A stretch of DNA of 64,000 nucleotides from Octopus sinensis (taxonomy: Eukaryota). The number at the start of each line of letters is the position of its first letter. The stretch's first letter is position 1. The position numbers were made by a program, and so were the translations under genes. The stretch lies in NCBI RefSeq assembly GCF_006345805.1, contig NC_042997.1:4030001-4094000 (forward strand), given 5' to 3'. The notes beneath the pieces were generated by a model, which ran no database searches, was not told the DNA's origin, and saw nothing but the letters and a program-made list of their open reading frames with translations. Below are positions 1-14,171 of this stretch, piece by piece.

Positions 1-380
1 CAAGGACATGGGGCTGCGTCACATTCACAACTATCTTCTGTCATTGTTCAGGTGAGGAGAATCCAGATTCCTGAGCAGCATGCATGATTGCAGACACGTT
101 TTTAAGTGTTAAATTGTGATGTGGCATCCCAGATAGCTTTAGAGAGTTCAGGAACTCAGTTGGAAAAAACTATAGGTTGATCCTGATCAATCACAATGTG
201 GATTGATTTGAAAGACTGTTCATTTCCAGGCAACAAATGCAAGAGATCCTAATTGATTTTGTCGATAACATCATTAGATGAAGCTAAGATGGCTCACTCA
301 CGTAGCCATTTACTGTTGCTAAAGTTTTGTGCAACGTTTGGAAACACATGCATTTTGAGATCATTAACAGTTTGTAACAT
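1..380 (-). mobile_element. Degenerate Helitron PIF1-like helicase fragment
   Basis: Minus strand reads VFPNVAQNFSNSKWLRE*AILASSNDVIDKIN...LPGNEQSFKSI...FPTEFLNSLKLSGMPHHNLTLK..IM/LLRNLD, matching the Helitron RepHel helicase motifs 'WLCERAILAP' and 'PTEFLNSL..SGMPPH.L.LK...IMLLRNL'. It has stops and frameshifts. Confidence 0.85.
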
Positions 381-442
381 ATTATTATTATTATTATTTT
401 TATTATTATTATTATATTATTATTATTATTATTATTGTTATT

Positions 443-473
<31 letters not shown>

Positions 474-490
474 CCATGATCATCATCGTT
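379..490. repeat. (ATT)n/(CAT)n compound microsatellite
   Basis: Direct inspection. Confidence 0.95.
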
Positions 491-1179
491 ATTTTTTTTT
501 AAAGGATTGGCGTAACTCCTCTCAAAGAGATAGACAATACGAAGATCTCGATGCGAATGCAGTAGTTGTTTTGATATTTCAACGATATTTCGCCAGCTAG
601 CCTGACATTGTGGAATTGAGCCCGAAAAGTGATATACAAAATTCGAAATTACAGAAATTCACATCCCAAATTGGAGCATTGCAACTAGCGTTCCCACGTT
701 CATGGAATGACATCATCAGCCATTAATTATGAAGTTTGCCACTAGCAAAAAGAAATAGAAACTGGGTGAAAGCAAAGAAAATTAAAAATTAAAGAAGAAT
801 AATGAATTTAAGAGATTTGCGGAAAATTTATGAAACTCTCCTATCATTGTACTCATTGCTGCAGGGCGCGATGTCAATAACTCACAAGGAAATTTCTTCT
901 CCTGTGTTCTGAGAACTGAAAGTGTAGAGGATTCGAACTATTTTCTGATCGAATGTACTTGACCCATGTTGTTTCACATTGAACAGGGCTTAATTCTCTT
1001 AGGGCTGTTTTTCAAGGCACAGCGTGCAGAGTCTTATTAGTCCAGATTTCGTGATGGGTATACTGGGCGTCGTATAATTGTACCCCATTGTCACTGTGAT
1101 AGCATGTGCTGCTCTCTCATTCGATAACAACAACAGCAACAACAATAATAAAAATAATAATAATAATCCTGTGGAATAA

Positions 1180-2350
1180 GATTGAAGCTATCAACACCTG
1201 GGCGGTTTCACTACTTATATATGGAGCAGGGTTAATAGCATGTACAGTAGATGAAATAAACAGCATAGACAGAAAGAAAAGGAAGTTGCTGACTAGATAG
1301 AGGATATTTAACCCAAAACGTGACACAGGCTGATATATGTACCAATAAAAATAGGGAAAAGACGACTGATTGTATGCGAACTCAACATTAGAGCAGAAGA
1401 AAACAGCATAGCAGAAGAAAACAGTGCTACAGAACCACTATTATTGGAAGTAAGACGGCCAGGCTCATGTAGGATGGAAGATTGCAAAGATAAAGCATTC
1501 TACAAGTACATGAGAATGAATGAAATTGAAAATAGGTGGATAAAGAAAAGAAAGCGCGAACAATTTCATAGATTTGCTGAAGATAAGACAGAAAATAGAT
1601 AGCTATGAATGTCTAAAAATTATTTCAAACCGGGATAAGAGGCTCTAATCTGTGCTACCCAAGAACAAGCATTAAGAACAAATTACACCAAATATAAAAT
1701 AGACAACACATCAAAAGTTCATAAGTACAGAATTTGTGGACAAAATGGTGAAACCGTATGGCATATTACCAGTCAATGTGCACTACTAGCTAAGAAAGAA
1801 TAGAAGAGACGTCAGGACAATATAGCAAGAATTGCTTATTGGTCACTTTGCAAGACGTTTGTACTTGGCAGACCAAAAATGTGGTACGAACATAAACCGG
1901 AAGTCATCATCGATAAAGATAATGCAAAGGACAAATGAGATTTTATGATTCTCATGTGAAAGAGTATAGCAAACCAGAGATAGTGTTATTTGAGAAAGCA
2001 AACAATGCTGGATTATAGCTATAGCATGCCCAGCTGACAACAAGTTATGTGATAAGGAAGAAAGAAAAGTCGATTGACATGATAAGTTAGCTCAGGAAGT
2101 GAAGCAGTTGTAGTACCAATAATTCTCGGAGTAAACATTGATTGAAAATCTATAGAAGGACATGGAACAAATAGGGGCGGCAATAAGGGTAGAGCACTTG
2201 CAGAAACAGCACTGCTAAGAACCGATCGAATACGCCGGATGGTGCTCGAAATATAAGAGGTGTTATCTTGGTTCACAGGTGAGGAACAGCTTGTACCATA
2301 GTATATCTCCAGCAACGGAAGCTGTGCAAAGACAATGAATAACAAGAACA
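1180..2350 (+). mobile_element. Degenerate 5'-truncated R4/Dong-clade RLE LINE
   Basis: Fragments read NKIEAINTWAVSLLIYGAG..DRKKRKLL (RT thumb), EALICATQEQALRTNY, RICGQNGETVWHITSQC (CCHC remnant), WYEHKP and LQKTALLRT.RI.RMVLEI*. Flanked by (AAC/AAT)n. Confidence 0.85.
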
Positions 2351-2424
2351 GGATAAAGAGCAACAACAACAACAACAATAATGATAATTCCACAGTGTCA
2401 CTATCACTCAATAATAATAAAACA

Positions 2425-2625
2425 TACTTTAGTACAGACGCAGAAAGCAGTGTGATTAGGAACAGCTAGGATACTTAGGAGGGCTCTCGGCATCTAAGGT
2501 TATTTGCTGTAATCCGATAGGAATGTTCTTGGAATCTCAGGCAATTTCTTTTGCAAAGCTGTTAGGATCCTATTCTTTTCGAACATTCTAATCTTTTGAG
2601 TGTGTATGAATGACATTTGATGACA
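2425..2625 (+). mobile_element. Short 3' end of a second R4/Dong-type LINE
   Basis: QKAV*LGTARILRRALGI* C-terminus, then a 3'UTR and an (AAC/AAT)n tail. Confidence 0.7.
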
Positions 2626-2927
2626 ACAATAATAAAAACAACAACAACAAAAACAACAACAACAATAATAATAAAAATAGAGAATTTTCTTTTATTTTCC
2701 TCCATTATTTTTCTTTATTTTCGTTTTCATTTTTTATTCCTCCCTTTTTCTCAGCAAATAAACAATCTGGAGTGTTTATCTTAATGACCTACCAATGTAT
2801 ATAGTGATTTTGCCTGTTCGAGGATCAGGAAGATACGGGCTAAGAAATGGAAACAGAATTGAAAGACGCTAATAATAATAATAATAATAATATTAATAAT
2901 AATAATAATAATTATAATTATAATAAT

Positions 2928-3345
2928 GCCCTGATGCGGTATAATGCCATGATGCAGTTTAATGCCCTAATGCATTACCAGACACTGTCGCCGAAAACCT
3001 CTCATCTTAACGGATTAGAAGTGCTATCATGTACATCGTTTCGTCTTCGAATAAAAGATGGGCTACCGCAAATATTCTGCTCAATACCACGGATTTACTT
3101 GTCAGTTGTTTGACAGGAGCCAGTTGCGTATGTTACTTAGTGAATGACGATATGTGCATCTCTAGTCACGGACAGAAGTAGTGGGAGAGCATCACAGCCA
3201 TGTCTTTAGAGGAATTACTTCATCTCTGCAAACATGTGTGTTTCTTTCAACGTTATTAACATTTATTCAGGGACCTTTCGCGGGGGATGGGCTATTCGAC
3301 CTGAAGAAAATTGCACCTGAGCCCCCAACTGCAACGTAGTTGAAC
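2928..3345 (-). mobile_element. Octopus-type interspersed retro-repeat (SINE or LINE 3' fragment) with (ATT)n tail
   Basis: Recognised as a common cephalopod repeat (…taaaagatgggctac…aaatattctgctcaataccac…); the (AAT)n at 2870-2927 is its tail on the minus strand. Family assignment is from memory. Confidence 0.5.
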
Positions 3346-3539
3346 TGTATATGTAAGTGGTAATTTGTTTTTCCTTCGGAGTCCAGGTGGAAGGGAAGCT
3401 AATGGACATATCAGTTGCATTTTCTTTTTCTACGTTTGTTGATCATTACCACTCTACTGGGAATCCAATTGAGATGATGTTCAACCAGCCTACTAAATGC
3501 ACATGGCCTGAAAGATTGTAGGAGGGACTAGTCTTTTAC

Positions 3540-3695
3540 ATCAGCCTCAGTGTTTCACTGATACTTATTTTATTGATACAGAAAGGAGGAAGGGTAAAAT
3601 GAAGCTCCCTGGAATTTGAACTCAGAAAGCAGTAACGGGCGAAGTACCACTAATCTTTCCGCCCAGCGAGATAACGATTATGCTAGCTTAAAGAC
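3540..3695 (-). mobile_element. Degenerate tRNA-derived SINE
   Basis: Homologous to the SINE copies at 3760, 36190 and 39530 (tacttattttat…gga atttgaactcag, an inverted B-box). Confidence 0.65.
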
Positions 3696-3759
3696 TTGAA
3701 TAATAATAGTAATAATAAAAATAATAGTTTAATTTTGCCACAAGTGCAGCAATTTGGGT

Positions 3760-3935
3760 AACGGAAATACGTCTATCATATCGTCCTCACTCTTTCAATC
3801 GTACTTATTTTATCGACACCATAATGGTGAAAGGCATAGTGGAGCTGAGCGGAATTTGATTTCGCAACGTAAATCTGGATGAAATGCCGCTAACCAATTT
3901 TTCCTGCATGCTAAAGATTCTGCCAACTCAGTATC
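3760..3935 (-). mobile_element. Degenerate tRNA-derived SINE
   Basis: gtacttattttatcgacacc…gcggaatttga…gattctgccaactc; same family as 36192-36382. Confidence 0.7.
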
Positions 3936-3979
3936 TTGATAAACATAATAATAATAATGATAATAATAATAATGATAAT

Positions 3980-4017
<38 letters not shown>

Positions 4018-4031
4018 TAATAATAATGATG

Positions 4032-4067
<36 letters not shown>

Positions 4068-4093
4068 TAATAATAATAATAATAATAATAATA

Positions 4094-5115
4094 GGTAGGC
4101 CATCTCAAGAGAGACACACTATTGTTGCAAAGAAGGTGAAAATGATGGCAATGAAAAAAGCGCACGAGCAATTGGCTGATAGGTGGGAGGAGAAACCTCT
4201 GCACGGCAAATATGTGACCCGCAGCAAACAAGCTGATGTTGACCAGAAGCAAACCCATCAGTGGCTGCGGAGCTCAGGGCTAAAAGCAGAGAGCGAAGGT
4301 TTCATCCTGGCTGCTCAAGACCAAAGCCTATTAACCCGGAACTACCAGGCCAATGTGATGAAAAATGGAGCAGACCCAAAATGCCGATTCTGCAACGACA
4401 TGATTGAAACAGTGGACCACCTAATCTCTGGATGTAAAGTTTTAGCACCAGTGGAGTATAAATTAAGACATGACAGAGTTGGCCAATATCTCCACTGGCT
4501 AATAAGTCGGCATTACAATATCAAAACTGCCGACAAGTGGTATAATCACCACCCTGAGGCTGTAACTGAAGGAGAAAATGTAACCATTCTGTGGGACTTT
4601 CCAGTACATACAGACCGAACCATCAAGGCCAATAAACCAGATATTGTTGTGAAAGACCAAAACAATAAAGTTTGCTTATTGATCGACATGAGCATCCCCT
4701 GTGATCATAATATCTCAGCGAAAGAGTTTGACAAGCTCAGAAAATATAAAGACCTACTCATTGAAATTGAGAAAATGTGGCATCTCAAGGCGGTTACAAT
4801 ACCAGTGATCGTAGGAGCACTAGGAATGATCAAGAAGGGAACCGAAAATTATATGAGAATGATCCCTGGCTTACCATCCCTGCAAGAAGTGCAAAAGATT
4901 GTCATAACTGGTACATCACACGTATTGAGAAGAGCATTGTCGATGTGAGAACTGTTGCTGCTCATGTATTTTAATCTAACTTTAAAAAAAAGAAAATGAA
5001 CGAACTACTGAGTTTGGTTTAATGGCCTACCAATATACACTATGAGTTTCTTTGCCCTAGGAGTCGGGAAGACACTCGGCAAGAAATGGAAGAAAATTTG
5101 AAAGAAGAAAAAAAA

Positions 5116-5116
<1 letters not shown>
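4094..5116 (+). mobile_element. 5'-truncated R4/Dong-clade LINE, copy 1 (open CCHC + RLE domain)
   Basis: ORF 3884-4948 contains KPLHGKY, CRFC-x7-H-x4-C zinc knuckle, ILWDF and KPDIVV…LIDMSIP…K..KY (PD-D/ExK nuclease), ending GTSHVLRRALSM*. Flanked on both sides by (AAT)n. Confidence 0.95.
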
Positions 5117-5172
<56 letters not shown>

Positions 5173-6193
5173 GGTAGGCCATCTCAAGAGAGACACACTA
5201 TTGTTGCAAAGAAGGTGAAAATGATGGCAATGAAAAAAGCGCACGAGCAATTGGCTGATAGGTGGGAGGAGAAACCTCTGCACGGCAAATATGTGACCCG
5301 CAGCAAACAAGCTGATGTTGACCAGAAGCAAACCCATCAGTGGCTGCGGAGCTCAGGGCTAAAAGCAGAGAGCGAAGGTTTCATCCTGGCTGCTCAAGAC
5401 CAAAGCCTATTAACCCGGAACTACCAGGCCAATGTGATGAAAAATGGAGCAGACCCAAAATGCCGATTCTGCAACGACATGATTGAAACAGTGGACCACC
5501 TAATCTCTGGATGTAAAGTTTTAGCACCAGTGGAGTATAAATTAAGACATGACAGAGTTGGCCAATATCTCCACTGGCTAATAAGTCGGCATTACAATAT
5601 CAAAACTGCCGACAAGTGGTATAATCACCACCCTGAGGCTGTAACTGAAGGAGAAAATGTAACCATTCTGTGGGACTTTCCAGTACATACAGACCGAACC
5701 ATCAAGGCCAATAAACCAGATATTGTTGTGAAAGACCAAAACAATAAAGTTTGCTTATTGATCGACATGAGCATCCCCTGTGATCATAATATCTCAGCGA
5801 AAGAGTTTGACAAGCTCAGAAAATATAAAGACCTACTCATTGAAATTGAGAAAATGTGGCATCTCAGGCGGTTACAATACCAGTGATCGTAGGAGCACTA
5901 GGAATGATCAAGAAGGGAACCGAAAATTATATGAGAATGATCCCTGGCTTACCATCCCTGCAAGAAGTGCCAAAGATTGTCTTAACTGGTACATCACACG
6001 TATTGAGAAGAGCATTGTCGATGTGAGAACTGTTGCTGCTCATGTATTTTAATCTAACTTTAAAAAAAAAAAAATGAACGAACTACTGAGTTTGGTTTAA
6101 TGGCCTACCAATATACACTATGAGTTTCTTTGCCCTAGGAGTCGGGAAGACACTCGGCAAGAAATGGAAGAAAATTTGAAAGAAGAAAAAAAA

Positions 6194-6194
<1 letters not shown>
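5173..6194 (+). mobile_element. 5'-truncated R4/Dong-clade LINE, copy 2 (tandem duplicate with 1-bp frameshift)
   Basis: Same 5' truncation point (ggtaggccatc) and 3' end as copy 1. I saw four differences: one 1-bp deletion near 5867 and substitutions near 5972, 5983 and 6073. Confidence 0.95.
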
Positions 6195-6234
<40 letters not shown>

Positions 6235-6329
6235 CATAAATATAATGATAATAAATATAATGATAATAAATATAATGATAATAATAATTGATTTTTTTAT
6301 TTTATTAATTCTTTTAATATAACGATAAT

Positions 6330-6720
6330 TATAATAAGATATCAGGATAACAATTAGAAAAATTATGTAAATATAATGACCTGGAAATTGAAATACAAAC
6401 GATGTTGTATCTTAAAGCGAGAACTGTTCCTGTTATTGTTGGTGTGCTATGTATGATAAGACAGGGATGTCACAGACATTTAGATAAGTTCCCAAGAGAA
6501 CCATTTCTCAGAGTAATCCAAAAGAATGTGCTGACAAGTACCTCCCACGTCCCTAGAAAAACCCTATCAATTTGAATGTCTGTTGTACTAAGTAAAGTTA
6601 TTTCGCTACAACCCCTGTCACACCTCATCTGCAAGCGTTCAGTCATAATGTAACATCTCTTATCGTTCACTCGCCTCAGGACGCTGGGTGTATCTCTACA
6701 TGTAACTGTATGAAACATGC
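6330..6720 (+). mobile_element. Diverged R4/Dong-type LINE 3' end
   Basis: KLCKYNDLEIEIQTMLYLKARTVPVIVGVLCMI…IQKNVLTSTSHVPRKTLSI*, followed by an (AAT)n tail at 6735-6930. Confidence 0.8.
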
Positions 6721-6813
6721 AGATTAAAGTTAAATGATAATGATATTAATGCTGATAATAATAACAATAAATCATCAAGAACAAAGACAATAACGATAAC
6801 AATAATAATAATG

Positions 6814-6849
<36 letters not shown>

Positions 6850-6872
6850 TAATAATAATAATAGTAGTAATA

Positions 6873-6930
<58 letters not shown>

Positions 6931-9900
6931 TAAATGAAAATAATTCAAGTTGCAAAATAATGTTTCATAAGCTGAAATGTTTCCCACTGGATTTAATCAA
7001 GTTTTGAATATTTTCAAATTAAATCTAAAAGAATCAACTGAAAATGATTTTCTTCTCAGCAAGAAAACATACAAAGAATCGAAGGAAATTTCGAGTAAAT
7101 CAATTTTATTGAGATTCAGGCCAAACAAAAGCAATAATAGTCTGTGAAAGTTGCACTGTGTGATTGTATCAGCGTTATTTTAATTTCAGTATAAAAATAT
7201 GAAACGCATAATGGACTTTACGCTTTCGAGAATAGAAATGAATTAAATAACTTAAAACCGATTTAAAAGAAGGCAAAACATTTGAGATGTAAAAATAAAA
7301 TAACGAACATACGAAAAGAAGAAATAAACGGAAAATTCAATTCTGCATAGAAGAAGAAATATGACAGCAGGAGAAAAACAAGTCAACCGTTAAGTATAGT
7401 AACTAATCTTTCAGTGAATACATGGGTAGGATGAAAACAATATTTTGACATCACCAACGGTTTAGAATCCCCAAGTAGCGTTTCACAAAAAGAATCGTAT
7501 ACACATTTATCGATAGTTATTTTTAGTATTATTTTTTTACTTTTCAACATTTTATTTTGTCGTATTCATTTCTTGTTAATCACGCATTGCTGTTGTTGCC
7601 GCTGTTTTTGTTTCTAATCTCCCTCCTCCGTCTCCTTCATCTTCATCTTTTTCTTCTTCATCGTCTTCTTTATTTTCTTCTTCTATTCTTCCTTTTCTTC
7701 TTTTATGCAAATTCCTGATCTCACTGGGGGAAAATTCCTTATCCCACTGGGGGCAAATTCCTTATCTCATTGCTCATCTCAGATATTGTCATGGTTTTAC
7801 TATTATTATTTCATCCACAACCCTCTCAGACCTGGTCCATTGTGCCTGTCTTTGCCTGCAATCATTATGCTTCAGCTGTATTAATTTGTTTTTCCTCCGG
7901 ATTCCAGGTGTATGTGTGTGGGTGTGGGAGGGGAAGCTAATGGAGAGATCGGCTAAATTTTATTTTTATACGTGTGTTGTTCATTACCAACTATGTTTAA
8001 CATATTACTGCTATAACATACATACCGCATGGCAGGGTTAATATTCATGTTTACTGGTTTTAATTCACAGGTTTGAAGTAGTTCATATTCTGTCCTCCTC
8101 TTCAGCATGTCGTCTCAAATTTTTCTCTACAAATAGCCTTTCCCTACCTAGCGGAATGACATACAGTATTGATATACTATAACAAAATATGCAATATATC
8201 AACGTTTGAATTTCTGCATCAATACTACCGCAAAATAGATATCATAATGAAACTGAAGCAAGGTGAAAGAGGAAAATATGTAACCATGATTGTATGCTTA
8301 CTTTACGTGCGTTCTTATAACACTTGAATATAGTTATTTCCATTTAAACCAATATAATCAACATCATTTTCCTCCTCTTCATAGCTATTACCTTCCTCAT
8401 CTTTATCAGCAGCAGCAGCCCAAACACCTACTCTAAATATATTATTTTCTAAATATTCATGTCTATTAACATCTATCCTTTATCATTGCTGGAAGAAATG
8501 TAAACTATTTGGTAGTGGTTGTTATTGATACGTTGTCTAGGCGTTTTCCATCCTAGTACGATGAACTGTGTCAACGAAATTTCATTGCACGATATTTCAA
8601 GAAAATTTTCTGCACCATATGACTCTATTTAGCAGTTAATATGTGATTCGAATTAAATCAATACAAATCATGTATATGTTTCTCCCCTGATTTATGATTA
8701 TACATTCGTAAAACAATTGATGACATTGATCTACCAGTACGAAGACATCATTGTTACAAATATGTGTATGTCATAGGGAATAATTTAAAGACACGTACAC
8801 TTTCTTAATTCCTAAAACCTGTAGTTAATATTTCCACCCAATTTTTCAATTATACTTTCAGAAATATAATATAAAAGCTATAATGCTTAAGAACTTTTGC
8901 CTAGAAACTGTTTCTCAACCGTGAGCATCCTAAGAGCTATATTGCCGCGGACAATGAAATATATTTTGCCAGATTTCTTTATAAAACATTCAACCATTTT
9001 GTATAAAATACAAATTACACTAAAGCACTACATGCTTCAATATATGTATGATGCCAGTCATAAAAGTAAATAGATTTCAGAAGTTCAAACTACACTATGA
9101 ATTACTATAAATGGAACCAACATATGTTCTCTTAAATTGGCATTGTTTAGCTTATTTGCTATATGAATACACTGCTGTAACGCAGTTAGCAATTCATATA
9201 TTGTCTTTAATATAAAATACTGCTATGACCAAAGTGTACTCATTATGCTAGAAAAATATTTCCAATGGTTATTGTTACAATTGCATACATTTTTAGTAAA
9301 CATAACGTGTGAACTGGAAAAAGACCTATATGGAAGCACAGACGCACACACAATTGCGCACGCGCGCACAACAAACACGCTCACACCCAATGACATTGTT
9401 AGCAAGGTATTGTGCTTAAAACGCTATATGAATATCAACTAATAACAGTGTTACGAATAATTTCCATTCTATCTTGATTTCCAGTCTAACATGTGATAAA
9501 CAAGCACGAATATCTATAGTAAAATGTAAAATTTCCGCTGTGTGAGTTTTCGGTGGTGAATTTGAGATTTCACGAGTAGTATGAGTTAGACTGTATAGCA
9601 AAATAATTTATTAGCGCCAGCTTTTTCGAGATCAGTGACGAAAAACTACTGGAAAAACGATATAAGTATTTGCATTGGGACTCCTTTCATTGAAAACCGG
9701 TGATTGCCGTACGCTGAGGACAGGTCAATACTTAGAAACTGAAGTCCGTGCGTATTACTTAGGTTGACGAGGGAAGAATGACCTCCCTTTGCAAATACCA
9801 TAAGGGCACAGAAAGTGTGCCTAAAGCCAGCTGGAGACGATGTTCTCCTGAGGCTACAAGCTACAGTAACACCCACCCTTAGTGGTTAGCCATATTGAGA

Positions 9901-11389
9901 TTGCAAATATACCTCACATTATGATTTATGGACTGAGCAATATTTAAACGGAAATCACATCTGCCACTATTGAGGAGAATTTCACATGTAATGTCAATTC
10001 ACTCGTTCCCTACATGATTTTACGTTGTAGTAACACAGAATTTCGATATCAACTTTGTTGAAACAATAACAGGAAATCAATGTTAATCTGAGGTTTTCTT
10101 AATTTCTTCGCTTATAATATTAAGGTGTTTGCATATATTATTGTTCTTCACAAATTCATCAGCAATTTTCTCATTCCCATTTTCATATACTAATGATATT
10201 TATTTCAACATTAACTGAGGTACTGTAAGTGTGTTGCTAATTTACATCATACATTTTGTTCTACAGAAGATTCAGTATTTAATCAGAATACATTCCTTAA
10301 TATACCACCTACTATTTATTTCGTGTAAAGGTAATTGTATCTTCGCAAAATATATATCTGTGAAATTATGGAAATATAACAAATACATTGATGAATAATA
10401 CATATATCAGTTTCTAAAAAATTCTTCCGTTCCCAGTAATATGAATACATAAATTACATCCATCCTTAGAAATTATATGTGTGCGCGCGCGTATGAAGAT
10501 AGCATCTTTTCCATAAGTAATTGTTGTTTGTTGCCTGATATTTGATGTATTAATATTTCAGAATGTGCTTTACTGTTTTAGCCTTCTAATTGTGATATAT
10601 AATATGTACTTTATAGAACAAGTTTCTATAACCAAAACTAATTGAAAAAATATTAATGTAGATAAAGGAATGGAAAATTTGTCTAACCCAAGCAGCAACT
10701 AACTATTATTAATGTCTCTCTTTCAAAAGTAAATATGTATTTGAGCAGAGGTTTCGGTTTAAGTGTGGCGCGAAAGCCTGGTTGAAGACTTAGCCTTCGA
10801 AGAGATATGTGTGTATATATACACACACACACACACACACATGTATATCTGTGTGTATGTGTATGTGTATACGGGTGTTCGAGCGCTCGCTTGTCTTTGT
10901 GTGTATGCTATAGTTTTTTTTTTAAATATCTGCTGATGCCGCCATAAGCTCTATTGTGTCCACAGAAGTCGGTTTTCCGAACGCTTCCTTCCTTCCTTCT
11001 TTCGTTTCTAATACGAGGTCAGATGACGTCCTTAATGATGCATGTCCGTTCCCAAAGGAAATGAAGAAATACAACAAATTGTTTGTAACGATTATATATA
11101 ATTACAATTTCGCATCATTAATGTAATAAATAATTCCTATTTCAAGAAATATTAGCGCTTCCTTGATATGCCTTAATTGCTGATATGAATAGAAATTACG
11201 TACAGTTGTTCCAAATTATATATACTCTTTGGCACTGTGCCTAGGAACTTTGCGGATATATATTCATTCATGCTGAAGTTTGTACATTTGCTTCATGTAT
11301 ACCTTGTGAATATATATATTAAAACTATACTTATAAATATAAATATGTGGTTAATAAACACAAGAATGAAGAATGAATAAGGGGTTACG

Positions 11390-11820
11390 AAGTTCAAATT
11401 GCAGTCAAGCGGTTTCTGGTTCAACCTCACTGTTTTGTACCTTTGGCAGGTGTATCACATAACAAACTAGGGTCGACTAAAGCATGCCTTGTGAGTAATT
11501 TCTTTTATATAATACGTGCGCCTTATAGTCCTCTATCTGTGTATGTGTGTGTGCACATGCACGTGCTTGTGTGTACACGTGTGTGCCTGTAAGTGTGTGT
11601 GCACCCGTGTTTCCTTTTTGTCTACCTACGTGTGTTTCTCCCGCAACATCGCATGGCAACAGATGGTGGTTTGATTACGTCACTGTAATCTAGTGTGTCA
11701 GCAAAAGAGACCTATATTATATTACTAAACTGGCATAAAAAAGTATTTCGTCCCTTTGTTCGACTACACGTTAAAGCGATGCCTTAGAATGTTCGCAGTC
11801 CAGTTAATAAAGCAACAAAG
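11390..11820 (+). mobile_element. Degenerate bipartite tRNA/CORE-like SINE with internal (TG)n
   Basis: Fragments similar to the SINE at 31720-32165 (gccttgtgagt; gcaaaagagacc). Confidence 0.5.
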
Positions 11821-12109
11821 AGGCATGCATTTTGTAAATATTTATATATATCTAAAACATCACGATAATCATCTTTCTAGTTTTTCACACAGAGATGCTT
11901 GGTTCTAAATATATTAGTGGTTTCTGTTAGTTTTGGGACATCACCGTCAGGAATTTTAGACGAGTGGAGCGAACAAAAGATTTATATTCTAAAGACTTGC
12001 GCTTATTCTGGCAGGCACTTTGACAAACTCCTAAGTTATCGGAATGTCAACATAGCATCGACCATCGTCGAGAAGTGGTGAGAGGCATACACACACGCGC
12101 GCGCACTCC

Positions 12110-12260
12110 CATCGGTTTTCTTTCAGTTTTGTCTAGAAAATCCATTCATAAGTCTTTGGATAGCCGAGGCTATAGTCAAAGGTACTCATGCTCTATCTGA
12201 ATTGGCGTGGGACTGAATCTGGACGCATGTGCTGGGCAATTAACGTATTACCGTATTTGT
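12110..12260 (-). mobile_element. Degenerate SINE 5' half
   Basis: aatccattcataagtctttgg…ccgaggctatagt…gggactgaatc; same family as 50830-50995. Confidence 0.55.
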
Positions 12261-13853
12261 TTTGGTAGGGTCAATGTTTTGAAATCAAACAATTAGGAAA
12301 ACTTTTCACCAAGTAACGCACAGCCTAGAAAAGACCATAGTGCATTCCACTTTGAATTAATCGTATGAATGTGAAGGTGTGTAGCTTAGTGATTACGGCA
12401 TTCATGTCTCTATCGTAAGAGATTACATTTGAATCCTACTGGTGAGTTGTGTCTTAGAACAACGCAACTTCTTTCATCAAACACCTGAAAACTCTACTGG
12501 CAAAGGCTGTTCCGTTGATCGAACCAAATGGGACACTCGTCGTCGCAAGCAAATGCTTACCTTAGCCAAGTATATGAAGTCGTCTTGGAATTATAAAAAT
12601 AATTATGATTTTGATCTCATATTATTAGCGTTCAAATATTCAGAATCAAAAAGCAATTAGAAAGAAAAGCACAAGTGGCTTATATAGCAAATCAAATTTG
12701 CCGTATATGGTTGTTCATACGCAATTGCAAAAACCACTAAATTATGGATCCAAAATATTAAAAGTGTAATCCTGACACGGAAAGCACTTCTGTATGCAGT
12801 CAATTCCAAAGTAACCAAAATGATGCTGAAAAATATTTGCTCATGAGTAAATTCTACGTAATCATATCAACGTATTCAAAGAAAAATTGTAATATCTACA
12901 CTCAAATGGTGGCACACCCCAAAACTCAAACGTCCTGATACACACACAAACATACACACACACACGCACACACACATACAGATGTTTGTGTCTATATGTG
13001 TTTCCCCTTTGAGTGTGCGCGCGCGTGCGTGGGTGTGTGAGTAAATGAGTTTTCTTTTCCATTGTTTGATTTGTAACTATCCTTATGGGCGTAACCTTTG
13101 GAAACTATAAAGAATTTATTTCTGATATCTCTCCTTTTAATATTTCTTTTCAAGAAAACATTTTATTTTGTTTCATACAAATAGTTCGTCGGAAGAAAAT
13201 CAGGACCACACTTGAACTTTATGTGAACACATTAAATATTATACTTTGACATTATTTCCTTATCGAAAACTAGTCTGCTTCGACGCAAAATCTCCCGATA
13301 AATCTTGGTTGAAAAACGTCTGCTACTTCATCATTCGTGAATATTTTATATTCTATAGTCGTTGTTGTCAAACTTGGATGTTGCTGAATTTGACACGGTG
13401 TATAATGCAACGTATTACGTATGCAAAGCAGTTTCGTTTGCCTGTCACAATTGGTACCATTGCATTTACGCAAGAAGCGTTTTCATTCTCATCGAAATAA
13501 AACAGTATTATTTGTTTACTTGATGTTTATTTATGAAAAATATTTTTTTTATATGTATGTGTTATGCTGTCATTATTGCCTGTTTATTTTTCTCACCTGT
13601 TATATTGTTTTACATATCGGATTAGTCTCTGATAATTACTCGTTTCTTGCTAAATTTTAACTATTTCAAATGAGAGTTAACATATATCATCTGCAGAGTG
13701 ATAATTAAGCTCATCATGAAATTTTCTATGCAATGAGGAAAATATATTGGTATCTTTTTAAATTTGTTTAATTTTATTTTGAGGTGAAAGTGTTTTAGAA
13801 GATCAGATTCTGCCATTTTCAGGATTGAAATACAATGTACATATATACATGCA

Positions 13854-13891
<38 letters not shown>

Positions 13892-14171
13892 CAACAATTG
13901 AGGGTAAAATTAATTAATTAATCAACTTCACCAAGTATTCAGTATGCAAAGGGACCATTTAAGGCGAATTCAAATTATTACATTATATAAAAGGGCGTAG
14001 TAAAATAAATTACATTGCCGCATACTGAACTCATTAGAAATAGCAGCTAAAAAAACATTTATAAAACTATTTCTAATACTTAAAGAAAACCTCTCTCATA
14101 TAGTGTTTGCTCAACTCAACTCACGAAAGTATGGGGGTAGAGACATTAAAAAATCAAATGCAAAGGTTATT

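Noticed and set aside
3884-4093. N-terminal part of the 354-aa ORF (poly-N/poly-I)
   Set aside because: Read-through of a SINE and (AAT)n fused to a truncated LINE; not a gene.
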